This document shows, piece by piece, positions 12,512 to 26,477 of a stretch of DNA of 64,000 nt. The stretch lies in the NCBI RefSeq assembly GCF_009914755.1, contig NC_060928.1, one strand, 5' to 3'. Source of the DNA: the human T2T-CHM13v2.0 reference genome, Homo sapiens. The translations under genes and the position numbers were made by a program. The first letter of the stretch is position 1; each line of letters begins with the position of its first letter. The notes under the pieces are model-generated. The model was given only the letters and a program-made list of their open reading frames with translations, was not told where the DNA came from and made no database searches.

Positions 12512-15347
12512 GGAGAGTGATGTCAGCAAGACGGTGAACTAGGAGGCCCAACACTCATCTCCTCCACAACAAAAAAAAGAATAAAAACTACATACTGACA
12601 AAAAAAAAAATAGCTCAGACTGCAAAGAAGAAGTGGAAGAAACTCTGTGGAACACAAAAACTGAAGATGCTTGCATGAAAAACTTAGAAAGCATTTTTTA
12701 AGCCAGTGTCACTCCATCCCTCAGTCTGTAGCAGTTTGGTGCCAAGAGGGACCCCTCAAAGGCATTTCCCTTGAGAGGCAAAGGACATCAAGAGGACCTC
12801 AGCAATTCTTGTCATCCCTGGGAACACTTGCAGTCCTCCTTACTGAGGACATTTGTAGTCTTTGTTGATGCTGAGCCCAGATGCCAGAGCTGTCTGGAGT
12901 CCACACTACAGTGCTTACCCCAAAGGAGCTGCTGCTGCATCTCCTTCCAAGGCTGGAGCTGTGGCTATGCTGAGCCTTGCTCTCAGGGGCCTGAGTTGCT
13001 GCTGTGCCCAAGCCTCTGATATCAAGACACCACTGTGCCTCACTGTGTATGGGACCAGAGCTGCTGCTGTGGTGTGCACTCACCCCTGGGGCCTGAGTCG
13101 CAGCTATGACCTACCATCAATGGGACTGTATTTTTGCTGCACTGCACCGACCCCCTGGAACATTAGTCATGGTGCCATTGTTCTGTGCCTCCCTCATCAG
13201 AGCCTCATCTGCAGCTGTGACACCATCTCTGCGGGTGCGCTGCTGCTATGTCTGACTCTAGGATGCCTGTCACTGCTATCATTTTTGGACTCATGCTTCT
13301 GCTGCATCCCACTTCACCAGAGCCAGAGTAACCATAGCATGCCATAGGGATCCAGATCCTGGCCCCATGGCTATCTGCATAATGCCCATGTCTCAGTTAC
13401 TGGTACTACAACCACAGCAAATGTGCCCATGCCCCAGGTTCCATGAAATGTGATAGTTCCTGCATGACCCTGAGCCCAGGAAACTGGCTCCAGTGCTGCT
13501 CTGAGTGCCTATACCACTGCTGTGAGCCTCAGTTTTAGTGCTACCATGACTGCATCCATGTCAGTGCATGACCAGGTGTCAAGAGGGATCTTCTCAGGTA
13601 GAACTTCCCTGGATAGAGGAGGAGGAGAATAGAGGCACCCAGCAGCCTTAGCAACCAAAGACCTCAATAGTGTAGCTGTCACTGCCACTGCAGATACCCA
13701 TAACCTTGGCCACCAAAGACCTCTGCAGTATTTTCCAACATCGACCTCAGCTAACAGAGCTGCACAGAGACTATACTGCTGCTTCTACCCTGAATGGGAG
13801 ACATTTTACCCCACCCAACTGGCACCCTTAAATCCACCTGCAGCTGAAATTCTCTCCCCACTGAAGTCCATCTCAAAAGGCTGAAAGAGTTAACTGCGCC
13901 TTCAAATGTACAGACATCAACATGAGACCACTAGAAACAAGAAATAGCAAGGAAACATGATACTACAAAAAGAACACAAAAATATATCAGTAACTGATCT
14001 CAAAGAAATGGACAAAATAATTACCTGAAAAAGAATTCAAAATAAATATGTTAAAGAGGAAAACAGATGACTCAATTAAAAAATGGGCAAAAGACCTCAA
14101 TTCGACATTTTCCCCAAGAAGATATACAAATGGCCAATAGATATATGAAGAGGTGCTCAACATCTCTAATCATCAGATAAAGGCAAATGAAAACCTCAAT
14201 GAGATACCACTTCACACGTGTTAGAATGGCTATTATCAAAAAGTGGCGAGATAACAAATGTTGCTGAGGATGTGGAGAAAAGGGAACCCTTGTATACTGT
14301 GGGTGGGAATGTAAATTGGTATAGTCATTACGGAAAGCGGTATGGAGGTTCCTCAAAACATTGAAAATAGAACTACCACATGCTTCAGCGTCCCATTTTT
14401 GGGCATATATATAAGACATATCTGTACACCCATGTTTATTGCAGCATTACTTACATTAGCAAAGCTATGTGTCCATCAGCAGATGAGTGGATAAAGAAAA
14501 TGTGGTGTATGTATACAATGGAATATTATTCAAGCTTTAAAAAGAAGGAAATCCTGCCATTTGCAAAAATGTGAATGAATTCAGAAGACATTATGCTAAG
14601 TGAAATAAGCCAGAAACAGAAAGATCAATATTGCATATCACTTATTTGTGGAATCTAAAATAAGTTGTATTTAGAGCAGAATTGTGATTCTCAGGAGCTA
14701 GGGACAGGGTTGAGAAAATTGGATACATTGGTGAAAGTGTACAAACTTTTAGTTATAAGATTAATAAGTTCTAGAGATCTAATGTACAGCATGATAATTA
14801 TGGTTATAACAATGTACAAATGCTCCTCAACTTACAACAGGCCCTCCTTGACCAATATACCCATTGCAAGTTGAAAAATCGTAAATTGAAAATGCATTTA
14901 ATACACCTAACCTACCAAACATCATAGCTTAGTCCAGCCTGCTTAAACATGCTTGGAACACTGATATTAGTCTATATTTGGCAAAAGTATCTGCCACGAA
15001 GCCTATTTTATAATAAGTGTTGAATATCTCATGTAATTTATTGAATGCTGAAAGACTATTTCTACTGAATGTGTATTAGTTTTGCACCATTGTAGGGTCT
15101 AAAAATCATAAGCTGAACCATTGTAAGCCAAGGACAGTTTGTATTGTATACTTGAAATTTGCTAAGAAAGTAGATCTTAAGTGTTCTCTTTATAAACACA
15201 CACACGGTAACTCTGTGACGTGATGGATATTTTAATTAGCTTGATGGTGAGAATCATTACACAAGGTCTAATTAAAACATTAGGGTGTACACTTTAAATA
15301 TATAGAATTGTTAACGTTTTAATTAAACCTCAATAAAGCTGGAAAAA
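12512..15347 (+). mobile_element. Old L1 (L1MA-like): 5'UTR and ORF1 start fused directly to ORF2 3' end and 3'UTR
   Basis: 5' GATGTCAGCAAGACGGTGAACTAGGAG; ORF1-start-like GGAAACATGA..AAAGAATTCAAAATA to about 14057. Then ORF2-end CAATTAAAAAATGGGCAAAAGACC..TACCACTTCACAC..; 3'UTR ends AATAAAGCTGGAAAAAA. Confidence 0.8.
14817..15141 (+). mobile_element. Tigger-family MITE (MER47A-like)
   Basis: Decayed TIRs CAAATGCTCCTCAACTTACAA / TTGTAAGCCAAGGACAGTTTG; TA target duplications at 14815-16 and 15142-43; interrupts the L1 3'UTR. Confidence 0.85.
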
Positions 15348-16224
15348 ATATTGCCTCCAATCCTCATTTAATGAGTAGGATTTTCCATGTTTTTATGAAG
15401 TCCTTTTTCAGTCATCGTTGTGTCTTCCATTCTCTCCTCCCTTTCTGTAGTTGTTTGCTACTTGCCTAAGATGTACATAAAGTTAAACCTGCTAAAGGTG
15501 GGAGCTGTGGACCTTATAAGCTGGAGCTGTCAGTTGGTGTGGATTCTGGGATGATTCCAGAAGCGTGTCTGCTCATTTTCAAAAGAAAACACATTATCAG
15601 CAGAGTTGAAGCTGGTCTCCTTAGAAAAATAAACAAATCCCTGACTGCTCTTATAAAACTCACAGATCTTGTCAGAATAAGTTCAATGTTGCTGACAGAT
15701 CATCAATTGAATGGTGCCTGTGTGAAAACAAATGTGGGAAGTGAGTGGTGTGTGGCTTTTTGTAGGGTGACAGTGACTCTTACCAGATTGGGAGATGAGC
15801 GGAAATCCATTTTGTACTCAACTTTGGCTCAAAAGCAGTAGTGCTGGATTTCAAAGAGTAATTAATTTACTAAGGCTATCGACTCTTCCCTCCAACCCAT
15901 AGCTATAGATCTTGTCCTTACTTAAGTGTATTATTATTTCGTCCCATGATTTTTTTCGTTCTGCTAGAACACCAGGGCATGATTTCAAGTACTATGCTAT
16001 TTTGACATTAACTATGGCTAGTACCAGTTGAGGCGTTGATTCACCAGGGGTGTGCTTTAGGGTTTATTGGTGATCACTTGACTTATTTCTTTTTTATGTA
16101 TTTAATAATGACAAAGAAAATCTTTTTGTTCGATCTACATCAGAGCACTACTATGTAGAATTTATGCCAATCCCATGAAATGCATTGGAAGGGCAGGCTA
16201 TGGAGCAAGGGTGACTTGTGTTAT

Positions 16225-16415
16225 GCTGCCTAGACACTGTGTGATTTGGGCAACTTATTTATCCTCTTTGAAGTTTGGTTTCAACATTCGTGAAGTGGAG
16301 ATAATAATGCCTACTTTGCAGTGTAGGATTGGCAAGGTCCTGTGATTAAAACAAAGGTACAAACAACTTCTTTAGTGTTTGACACGCAAAAGGTACTTAA
16401 TGGTTATTACTTTAT
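16225..16415 (+). mobile_element. MIR SINE
   Basis: CTGTGTGATTTGGGCAACTTATTTATCCTCT..GAGATAATAATGCCTAC. Confidence 0.7.
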
Positions 16416-18109
16416 ATAACAATAACAATGATAACAACAACAGAAGAACCGTTTATTAAGAAAGCAGGCACTGGAATTCAGTGATGAAAGACACCGCACT
16501 CAAGAGTCTCGGAGTGTACAGCTTTGTAGCCCAGATATCTCTTGAATGATTTCCATGTGTTAAGTTACTGAAAGTACCACAAGGAGTCCCCATAATTCCT
16601 CTATGACATAATCCAGAGGCAGGGACCTCAAGAATTTAATCATAAAGCCGTAGATAGAGGCATCAATAAAAAAAATCTGCCAAAAGGTCTTTGGCTCTAG
16701 TAAATGAAAGTATGTTTAGAAAGACTCACTTATAGATGTTTTTGCCTCGGTTTTAACAGAATATTAGTTTTAGAATGACCATAGTTCTACTTTCTAAAAA
16801 AGAAATTGAGGTACAGAGTTTCAAAATTGTGTCAGCAAAAACAATTCAAGCTTTGTAATCTCCAGATCTTCAGCCATCCATTATGGCTCCTGCTTTTCTT
16901 AGTTTCTTCTCAGTAGAAAGAGGAATGTTTCAAACCATGTACAAGATGTTATAAAGTTACTTATCAGAACCTTTGTAAAGCTGCTTTTAGATATCCATCA
17001 GAGATTTATGATTTTAACTGCCTTGTACATTTAGTGATTTTTTTAAAAAAACAAGATAAAATAGAATATTTGGTGATACACTTTTCTATTATAGTGATAA
17101 CATCTGTTAGAAGAAAATAAGCCCAATGGATGCATTAGAAATTGAGAAATGTTATTAAATTATAGTCTTACTTTGTTCATTTTTAATAAATGAATTTAAT
17201 TTAGTTAAACATTTTTCTTTAAGACCAGGGAAAATGTAATTTATCCAGAATAGAACTATATTAAGAAGGCCTATATAATTGCTTAACTTTAATATTGGTG
17301 GTTTTGAAAACAGTTTTAAAATGTGTGTATACAGCCAATAAGTCACATTATTAAAACCACTTTAACTTGAATATATGCAGAGTCTTTATAGGACATTTCT
17401 AAGGAATACATTTTAATAACTTCCATCAGTGTTACTGAAAAGGTAAAAAATAAGACAGTTGTTCTGCAGGGTTTAATTAAACCCATCGCATGGGTAATTG
17501 AATATGTAAATATTTCATTGAGTGATAAACTTCACACAAGGAATTCTTCTAACACTTGGTGATATTGAACTTGGTGATGCTGCAGGTTCATCAGAGAGCT
17601 AGCTAATCTATGTGAATGATGGTATGTCTAAGAAAGAACAATGAGCTTAAATTAGAAATAAAAGTGATCTGAAAGCTTGCTTAGAGCTTGAATTGTTTTT
17701 TTTCTCTTAAACTGTGTCTGATTTACACCTATTTCTTTTTAACAGTGTAATTGTAATTGTTAACATCTCTGCATTTAAAAGTACAAGTTAAAAAAAATCC
17801 AGAATACTATTGGAGACTAAAATCCCCTTTTATAATGGAAAATCTCTTGGCATTATTGAATTACGGACTAGTTTACAGGACTTTCAGCTTCATACTTGGA
17901 TATGTGGTATCTGTTTCCAGACAAGTAACTGACAAATACAAAGATATCTTTGCTTTCTGTCAACCTAGATCTACATCCTATAACTAACATCCACATGCCT
18001 AGTTGAGTTTAATAAAGAACATTCTTTGGATCATTGAACAGAAATCAACATTAGATTTACCTTATTTTAATAATTCATTTTAGCATTATTATCTACCATG
18101 TCTTTATTT

Positions 18110-18455
18110 TTTTGGCCTTTTAAAATTAAATTTTTTGGTACATAATATTTTATGTATATATGGGATAATGTGATATTTTATTATGTGCACAGTATATATA
18201 ATTATCAAGTCAGGGTATTTAAAGTGTTGGGAACAATTCAAGTTCACTATCTCATCTATTTTGAAATATACAATTCATTGCTGTTAATTATAGTCACTCT
18301 GCTGTCAAACAATAGCATTTATACCTTTTTTCTAACTGTATATTTGTACCTGTTAAGGGACAAATTTGTACCTCTTCATTCCCCTCCCACCCACTCATTC
18401 TTCCCAGCCTCTGGTTATCTATCATTCTGCTTTCTACCTTTTTGAGATCAACTTT
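18110..18455 (-). mobile_element. L1MA-type 3' end fragment
   Basis: TTTTTGGTACATAATATTTT..ATCAAGTCAGGGTATTT..CTATTTTGAAATATACAAT..TGAGATCAACTTT. Confidence 0.75.
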
Positions 18456-20079
18456 AGTGCATCTTATCACTCAAATCTTGATGACTGAGTGGTGTTCATA
18501 ATCCAGAAACCCATTACATGGTGTAAACTTCAGAAATTGGTTTAGCTCTTTCCTGTACAGAGACTCACATATCTGTCTAATGTGCTCTGTAGGGGAAAGA
18601 GAGCTGAAGAAAGTGAGCGCTGGCAAGAGGAGATGTCAGTTTCCAGCTTCAGAGTGTGTTAGATGCTGCAGACTTTCAGGTCCTTTCAGCCTCCTGTGGT
18701 TATATTAAAGGCTGATGGGAACTCTTTTTGTCTGCTAATGATCCTCTTACTGTGTCTACTTGTATTTTGAAAGTGACATCATATATGATTTTGCGATTTA
18801 AGATTTCATATGTAATTCAACAGATGGATATAGTAGCACCAATCTTATTTCAAAACTGATGTTATTTAGGGTTTATTCCACGTAATGACTAAAACCACTG
18901 TTTGCAACACACATTGTTTTTGGTAGCTTTGCCTTGTGGACAGCATGGTGTCTGTTGAAAAATCATCCCCTTTCAGATAATATATTTTGTTGCCTTCTAC
19001 AGCTCGGTTCAATGTCAAGGATGGGAAGGTAAGAGAGATAAAAAGTAGGTATCGTGCAAATTCTAAATTGGTTTCCATACGTTTTGGGAGACTTGACTCG
19101 CCATTAATAGGGAGATACAAATATGGAGGATAGTCATGCTTGGGGGAAAAAAATCACTTAATCATTAAGTCCTGATTGCTTGTCTGTAAAATAGTATCCA
19201 TCATGTAGAATTAGTAGGATTGTTAAATAATTAGATGATTAATTTAAAGTACTTAGCCAGTTTCTTGCATATATAAATTAATTAATATATTTTTTATTAA
19301 TATATTTTGAGTTTTCTGAAAATATAAATTCCAGCTTTTTTTGAGTTAGCAGAACATGAGTTTTTAAACCTTTTTTCCCATTCTTTCTAGAAGTTAGCCC
19401 CTCTTGTATTTCTTTCTAGACTTGGAAGCTGGAATTCACTTCCCACTTAGAATGCTTGATGAGCTAGGAAATATTAATATAGCTGCTTCTTATTCACCTA
19501 CTCAACGTCAAAATGTAACAGACTGATTAAAGAGAAAGAAGACATGAGTAAAATGACAGAATACACATTAAATTTTAATCACTACAAGTTCAGCTAAGAC
19601 ATGTAGCTGGCATGCTGAAAAGGATTATATTTAAGTCAGGGAGATGGCAGTGTTGTTTCAGAAGCTAGTTGAATTCCCCTAGTCAGGGGAAAGGTAATGG
19701 GGGGATTAGGGCAGAAAGAAAGCAAATATGTTTGTGCTTTCTAACGCAACCATTTAGACATTTTTAAAAAGTCCCAAACAAAGCTGGATGGTGTTTTTGA
19801 TGTTAATGCATTTGGAATAAAAATGTATGTTAAAGAAACCTTACTGCAGTAGAACCCTCTGGCAGCCTTCAAATTTCACTGAAGAAAGGCTCCTGCAAAG
19901 TCTGTGGGGAAAGAGATACCTGAAATAGCCCCTATCTGTCAGATGCATGCAGAAAGATGAATTTCAAATGACAAAATGTTTATTATAAAATGTTAGGCTA
20001 TCGATTAGTGTGAAATTGTACATTTTTTTTAGCATGTCATTTCCTTTATTCCTTCAAAGAAACTGACATGTTTGTCAGA

Positions 20080-20650
20080 ATGAGGCATAAAGCTATTTTA
20101 ACCACCTATCTAAAAGTGTGCAAATTCCTTAGCATAACATTTCATGGAATCCACAATCTGAACCCAACCTGTCTTATCTGCTACTTCTCTTGTTTACAAA
20201 TTCACTGATTCAGTTACCCATCAGAATGCTCACTGTTGTCAAATAGACCCCTCCGGTAAGGGAAGGGAGGGAGGGACAGGAGCGTGCTAGAAAAAACCAC
20301 CACTGCACCACCAAAGTCTATTTATCACTCAAGGATTAACTCAAATATTATCTCAAATATTTTTTGTCTTCTTACCCTCTTATCCTCAAAGAAAAGAGTA
20401 GGTAGTATTTCTTTTCTCTTCATGCTTGTGACAATTTAGCTACACCTAGGCCTTTGCAATATATTACTTTCCATTGTTTATAATTATTTGTGTCTATTTC
20501 TTACAAATCCCTAAAATAGTATAAAATAGTAAGCTTTTAAAGAGCAAGAGAACTTGTCTTTTTATTATTCTATATATCATGGAACCCTGCACACCACCTT
20601 GCTAACAGTCATCTATTTACGTATCCATGTACTAACTCATTACTATACAA
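20080..20650 (+). mobile_element. L2 relic
   Basis: CAAATTCCTTAGCATAACATT.. and TAAGCTTTTAAAGAGCAAGAGAACTTGTCTT match the L2 3' region. Confidence 0.55.
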
Positions 20651-22356
20651 ACTATTTATGTTCTATGAATGTTTCAAGACACTATGTATACTAAGTTGAG
20701 AGAGAAACAGAAACAGAGGAGAGAGCGAGAGAGAGGGTGAGAGAGACTTCTTGCCAGAAAGGACTAATGCTCTAGTGAGAAACTATACATGTTGCCATGC
20801 AAAGCTTTAGTTACAATGATATTTAAGATAAGCAATGGTTCAGTATGGAGGATATTTATTAGAAATAATGGGAGAGGAGGTTGAAGGGTTAGAGATGTGG
20901 CATGAAGTTCTTGTATACTGTGCAATTTGGATTTTATGCTAAAGGCGATGGGCATTTGCTGAAGAACGTTAAGTAACAAAGTTATACTCTCAAATTTTAC
21001 GTGAAATTTGGATCTTAGAGTCTGATCATTGAGGTAGTGAGCTCACTCTGAATGATGTTGAGGTTGAAAATGAAAAAAGCCCCACAAATAATAAATAATA
21101 AAGTTGAAACTAAGGCAGTAGCAAAGGTGAGAGAAAGGCAAGGATAGATTTAAGAGGTAATTTTAATGAAACCAAATCACCTCAAGAATTTAAAGTATGT
21201 CCCTCCCCACTTCCCACTATTCATTCTCTACTAAAATTAACCATAACATCTGGTGGTATACAAAACTTTCTCTGGCTAATATTTCCCACCTAGTTAAAGA
21301 AACTGGTCGTTTTGAAGTTTTACACATTTAAATCTCATGACTTGATCAGCCTAAAATCGTAAGTCAAAATGGTCTCCAAACATCAAAACTTTAAACTGGG
21401 TATAATATAACTAAACACAAATAAAACAAATTATGTAGGCAGAAGATACAATGAAAAATGGGAAAAAAAGAAAAGGAACAAATGCCTATTCAACCTTTTC
21501 CACTTTGAGCTTCCCACAAAATATCACCTTTCTGTTAGAGTTAGTGTCTGCACCAGTGGGGAAGTAGGCTATTGAAGGTTTTCATAGCTTGATGATTATG
21601 GGTTTCAATAGTTTCTGGGTATTTCTTTTTTCTATTTCTAAGTCTTTCTCAGGTATGTTCCCTCGGACGGAATAGTGCATGTTCCTTAAAGAGGTTCTTA
21701 AGTTGTAACTGATTGTGCCTGCTCTGCAGAAGTGATTTTTTTCTTCTGAATTCTCACAGCTGGTATTCTGCTCTGCTCTTACATATTGTTTTGGCAGTGA
21801 CTGTCACTTGCTTTGCTGTTGCTGTTTTTAATCTCTGCTGCTATCTCTGCTTCCTGACATGTCTGCCTTTTGTTGTTATTTTTCTTCTGCTCTCTACACA
21901 CCTGTTGTTACCTATTTCTTCCCATCATAACAAACATCTCTTATTTCATCCAAAGTTCTTTGGTTTATGGGTTAACCTTAAAATCTCTGCTTCTTATTCA
22001 CTCAGTTCATAATTCAACCACTGAATTCTACCTCCCTCCCCTCACTGCTCTCCTCTGGGTACTCAATGTCATTTAAGTTGCCAAATACAGTGGATTTTTT
22101 CCATCCTATCTTCCCAGGTCACTCTGCTACATTATGATTCTCCTTCCATCTTTTAAATATTGGTATTTTCTCGATTATTACTATTTCTTACTGCTTTTCT
22201 TTTCTTCCTCAGTTCTATTCCCCCGAAGGATATCATGAATTCTTAGGGTTTCACAGTCCATGTCTGTGAGTGATCGTTCCCCAATTGGTATCTTCGCACT
22301 AAAATGTCTCTCCTCAGTCTCCATACTCATATGCCTGATTCTCTGCTGGACATTCA

Positions 22357-22765
22357 TGTCACAGGTTGGGATCTTCAGATACAGATGCAGAAACAGAGTT
22401 AGGTGTGCAAAATGATTATCAAGCATCAACACCATGAAAGGAAGGAAGAAAAAGGCTTGACCGGAGAGAAATGTCAGATCATGGGGCAGGCCTGACAAAG
22501 ACTCAGCAAATCCTATGGCATACTCCAGAGCAATTATTGCCCATAGAGTTCTGCACTGGCTCAAAATTCCTAGGTTTTTAGATTCCCACTTTGCTCATTC
22601 ATTGAATGTAAGGCAGCCCAGGAAGAGTATGATATATATTTCTACAGCTTAGGCAGGAGTTGAAGGAACCAATGGTTGGAGGCTATTTGTTGACAACATT
22701 CCCTGCAGCTGGGCAAGTCCTTTCCCCAAAGGAAGATCTGGTGGCACATCTTCATGTCAGCCACA
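22357..22765 (-). mobile_element. LTR16-like ERVL solo LTR
   Basis: TG..CA bounded (TGTCACAGGTTGGG..CAGCCACA); ATCAACACC..GAAGGAAG..CTCAGCAAATCCTATGG..CCAGAGC resembles reverse LTR16. Confidence 0.65.
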
Positions 22766-23206
22766 GTGTCTGAGTGTTTCCTTAACTCAAATTCACACAT
22801 TCCTGCTGTCATTTGAGGTTCTCACTTTCTCTTGGTTGAAATTAACTGAAATATTTGTAGTTAATAATTGAAGTAGAATTTACTGAATACCTAACAAATT
22901 CTAGACCCTGTTCTAGACACTAGGGATTCATCAGTTAACATACAAATAATTAAATATGTAATGTTTCAGAAAGTACTAACTTTCTTGCCCCTGGCCTTGT
23001 ATTTCCATGAATAAACTTGAGCTGGTACAACTCTCCGGGCCTCTCTCTCCACAATGGAGATTTGCTCCCCCCAATATGTAGATTTGGAGAAGATTATAGG
23101 AGTAGCGACTGTTAGTAAGATTTTTGAGTAGGAGCCCTAAAGCCACATTCCATAACTGGCTTAATCAGCAAAAAGAAAGTCGACATTAAAAAAAATTGTA
23201 TGTCTT

Positions 23207-23521
<315 letters not shown>

Positions 23522-23921
23522 AATTATATGGCTCTTCCCTGTGTTTTAGTTCTCAATTGGTCTAAATGAAGGAGAATAAGAAAAGGGTATTATATTTTAA
23601 ACTCTTAAATTTCATCACATAATATATCACATGCGGGAAAGTGCATTGAAGAATAACAATGGTCTAAGAGAATAGAGATTGAGTAGAATAAGTGGTGGGT
23701 ATTTTATAGAGTTATTGGGAGATATCTCTTTAAGGAGATCACATTTTGAGCAGAAACCTGCTTGAGGCAACCCAAATTCACTGACCTGAGGAAGTTCACA
23801 CTCCAATCTCTAGATGTTGTCTTCCTAGCCTTCTCTGTCTTTTGGGTCTTGACTTCTACAAGTCTGGCTCATTTTCACACTCAGATCCTTCTTTAGTTTT
23901 GCAGTTATAAAATTCACCCCA

Positions 23922-24217
23922 GGCCAGGCACAGTGGCTCACGCCTGTAATCCCAGCACTTTGAGAGGCCGAGGTGGGCAGATCACGAGGTCAGGAGATCG
24001 AGACCATCCTGGCTAACACGGTGAGACCCCGTCTCTACTAAAAATACAAAAAATTAGCCGGGCGTGGTGGCAGGTGCCTGTAGTCGCAGCTACTCAGGAG
24101 GCTGAGGCAGGAGAATGGTGTGAACCCGGGAGGCAGAGCTTGCAGTGAGCCCAGATCGCACCACTGCACTCTAGCCTGGGTGACAGAGTGAGACTCCATC
24201 TCAAAAAAAAAAAAAAA
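23922..24217 (+). mobile_element. AluY SINE
   Basis: Y diagnostics GAGATCGAGACCATCCTGGCTAACACGG, GAATGGTGTGAACC, GAGCTTGCAG; TSD AAAATTC[A/G]CCCCA at 23909-23921 and 24218-24230. Confidence 0.96.
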
Positions 24218-24590
24218 AAAATTCGCCCCAAACATTGATACAATTCTGTTGACTTTACTGAAAGTAGGTGAGTGCGTATCTAATGGGGTCAAATCATATA
24301 GTTTTACAACTTTCAGCTGGCTGGCTGTTCCCCTCGCCATTTCTATTCTACTTCCAATTCTTTTTCCTCTATAAAGTGTAGTATTTTTCCCTCATCTAAA
24401 GCTAGAAGCTGACTGCTAGACCCTAAAATGTTATGTTACAGAATGCGGAAAGGCTTACCTTCTATCGATCCCTAAAACAAAATTATTGCAGCATTTTTTT
24501 TCTCATAATAAGACAGCTCTTTCTGTACAGATAATTCTAGTAATAGTTATTCAGCTATTACTGTTTTTTTCACATCATTTCATAGTCCAT

Positions 24591-24715
24591 GCTCTCTCTC
24601 TTTCTCTCTCTCTCTCTATGTATATGTGTATGTATATATGTACATATATAAAACTTGTGTATATGTGTGTGATGTGTGTACATATATATGTATGCACACA
24701 CACACACACACACAC
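24591..24715. repeat. Compound (CT)n-(TATG)n-(CA)n microsatellite
   Basis: Directly visible. Confidence 0.9.
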
Positions 24716-24828
24716 GGATATTTACATCCTCTTTCAAAGTTATTCCACAAGTAAACCTCTTCAGTCGTATTTGAGGGGCCTTAAGGGGAACAAAATTAAA
24801 TTATGTAACTTACTTGCTCCTACTCCCA

Positions 24829-24932
24829 TAGGATAACCAGCCATCCTGGGACAGAAGGGTTTCCTGAGACACATGGATATCAGGGCTAAAACTGGAGAGT
24901 CCCAGACAAACTAACATATTCTAGGTCTCCTT
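24829..24932 (+). mobile_element. hAT-Blackjack MITE (MER81-like)
   Basis: TAGGATAACCAGCCATCCTGG..GGGTTTCCTGAGAC..GCTAAAACTGGAGAGTCCCAGACAAACT resembles CpG-decayed MER81. Confidence 0.6.
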
Positions 24933-25007
24933 TGACTTAGTTGCCAAATCCCCTCCTCCTTTGAAGGCTGAGGAGAGATTCCTTGAGATTTTAGAGTATA
25001 ATTTCTT

Positions 25008-25113
25008 TTTTTTACATTATACTTTAAGTTCTAGGTTATTTATGTGCACAACGTGCAGTTTTGTTACATATGTATACATGTGCCATGTTGGTTTCCTGCA
25101 AGCGTGAACTATA
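25008..25113 (-). mobile_element. Extremely 5'-truncated L1PA (about 100 bp)
   Basis: ATTATACTTTAAGTTCTAGG..GTGCACAACGTGCAG..GTGCCATGTTGG; TSD TATAATTTCTT at 24997-25007 and 25114-25124. Confidence 0.88.
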
Positions 25114-26058
25114 TATAATTTCTTAGCTCTGTCCTAAGGCTCGGTCATGGAATGAGTTGCTTGCCCTCCAGGGGTGAATTCATTTCCTCAGGCTATCTTT
25201 ACTCGAGGCACATCAGTTAGAGGTCCTTTTGTTTCTGCAGAAATCTCTTAACATGCCTGTCCTGGCTGAGATACATAGTTCTCTTTAAGAGAATTTAAAG
25301 ACGACCTGAAAGTAGCAAGAAGCAGAACTATGTCTTCTCCTGTACTCAGAACAGCTTCCAATTGTTATTGAGCTTCCAACACTAATATATATATATATTA
25401 GTTTTGGAATATATAATATATATATCTCTCTCCATGAGTTCTTGGTTAACAAGAATTTGACCTCAAAAGTTCTAGTCCATACCAATTTCCGTTCTTTTCT
25501 ATGACTCTTGAGAAATTTTAACTTTCTAGAAATATTTTGTTGTATTTTGCTTTCAGATCACTGGCTCCGCTGAAACCGGATTGTCTAACCACATTATATA
25601 GGACCTTACCTTAGTGATCTTCTCAAAATATTCCTATGCTTAAAATTTTTGCAGAAGTCTTTCTTCCTTCCCCTTGGAAAACAGTAAAAGTTTTTTTGTA
25701 GGAGTTCTAGACAACTCTCAACATAATAGGATCCAAACGATACAACAATGATAATTATAACAGTATCTACATTTAAACTTTTAAAAAATGCCTTTTTTAT
25801 CTTTGTTATATGAGGTCAGTGAAATTGTGATATTATAGAATCTATCGTGTAAATGTAATAATGCTGAGCAATTTCCTACTATTTTAAAAAAGAACCATTA
25901 GCTTTGAATATCTGTCATTGTTTAAAACTAAATCCCAATGTTGCATTATTATAACTGGAATTTTAGAATAATTAAAAGTTTCCAAACACACATATCTATG
26001 TATGCATACGCACACCTACATAAACACACATTCATGCACTAATACAAATAATTATTAG

Positions 26059-26477
<419 letters not shown>

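Noticed and set aside
12671-13347. Cys/Ser-rich ORFs up to 161 aa
   Set aside because: They lie in an old L1 5'UTR; no recognisable domain or splice structure.
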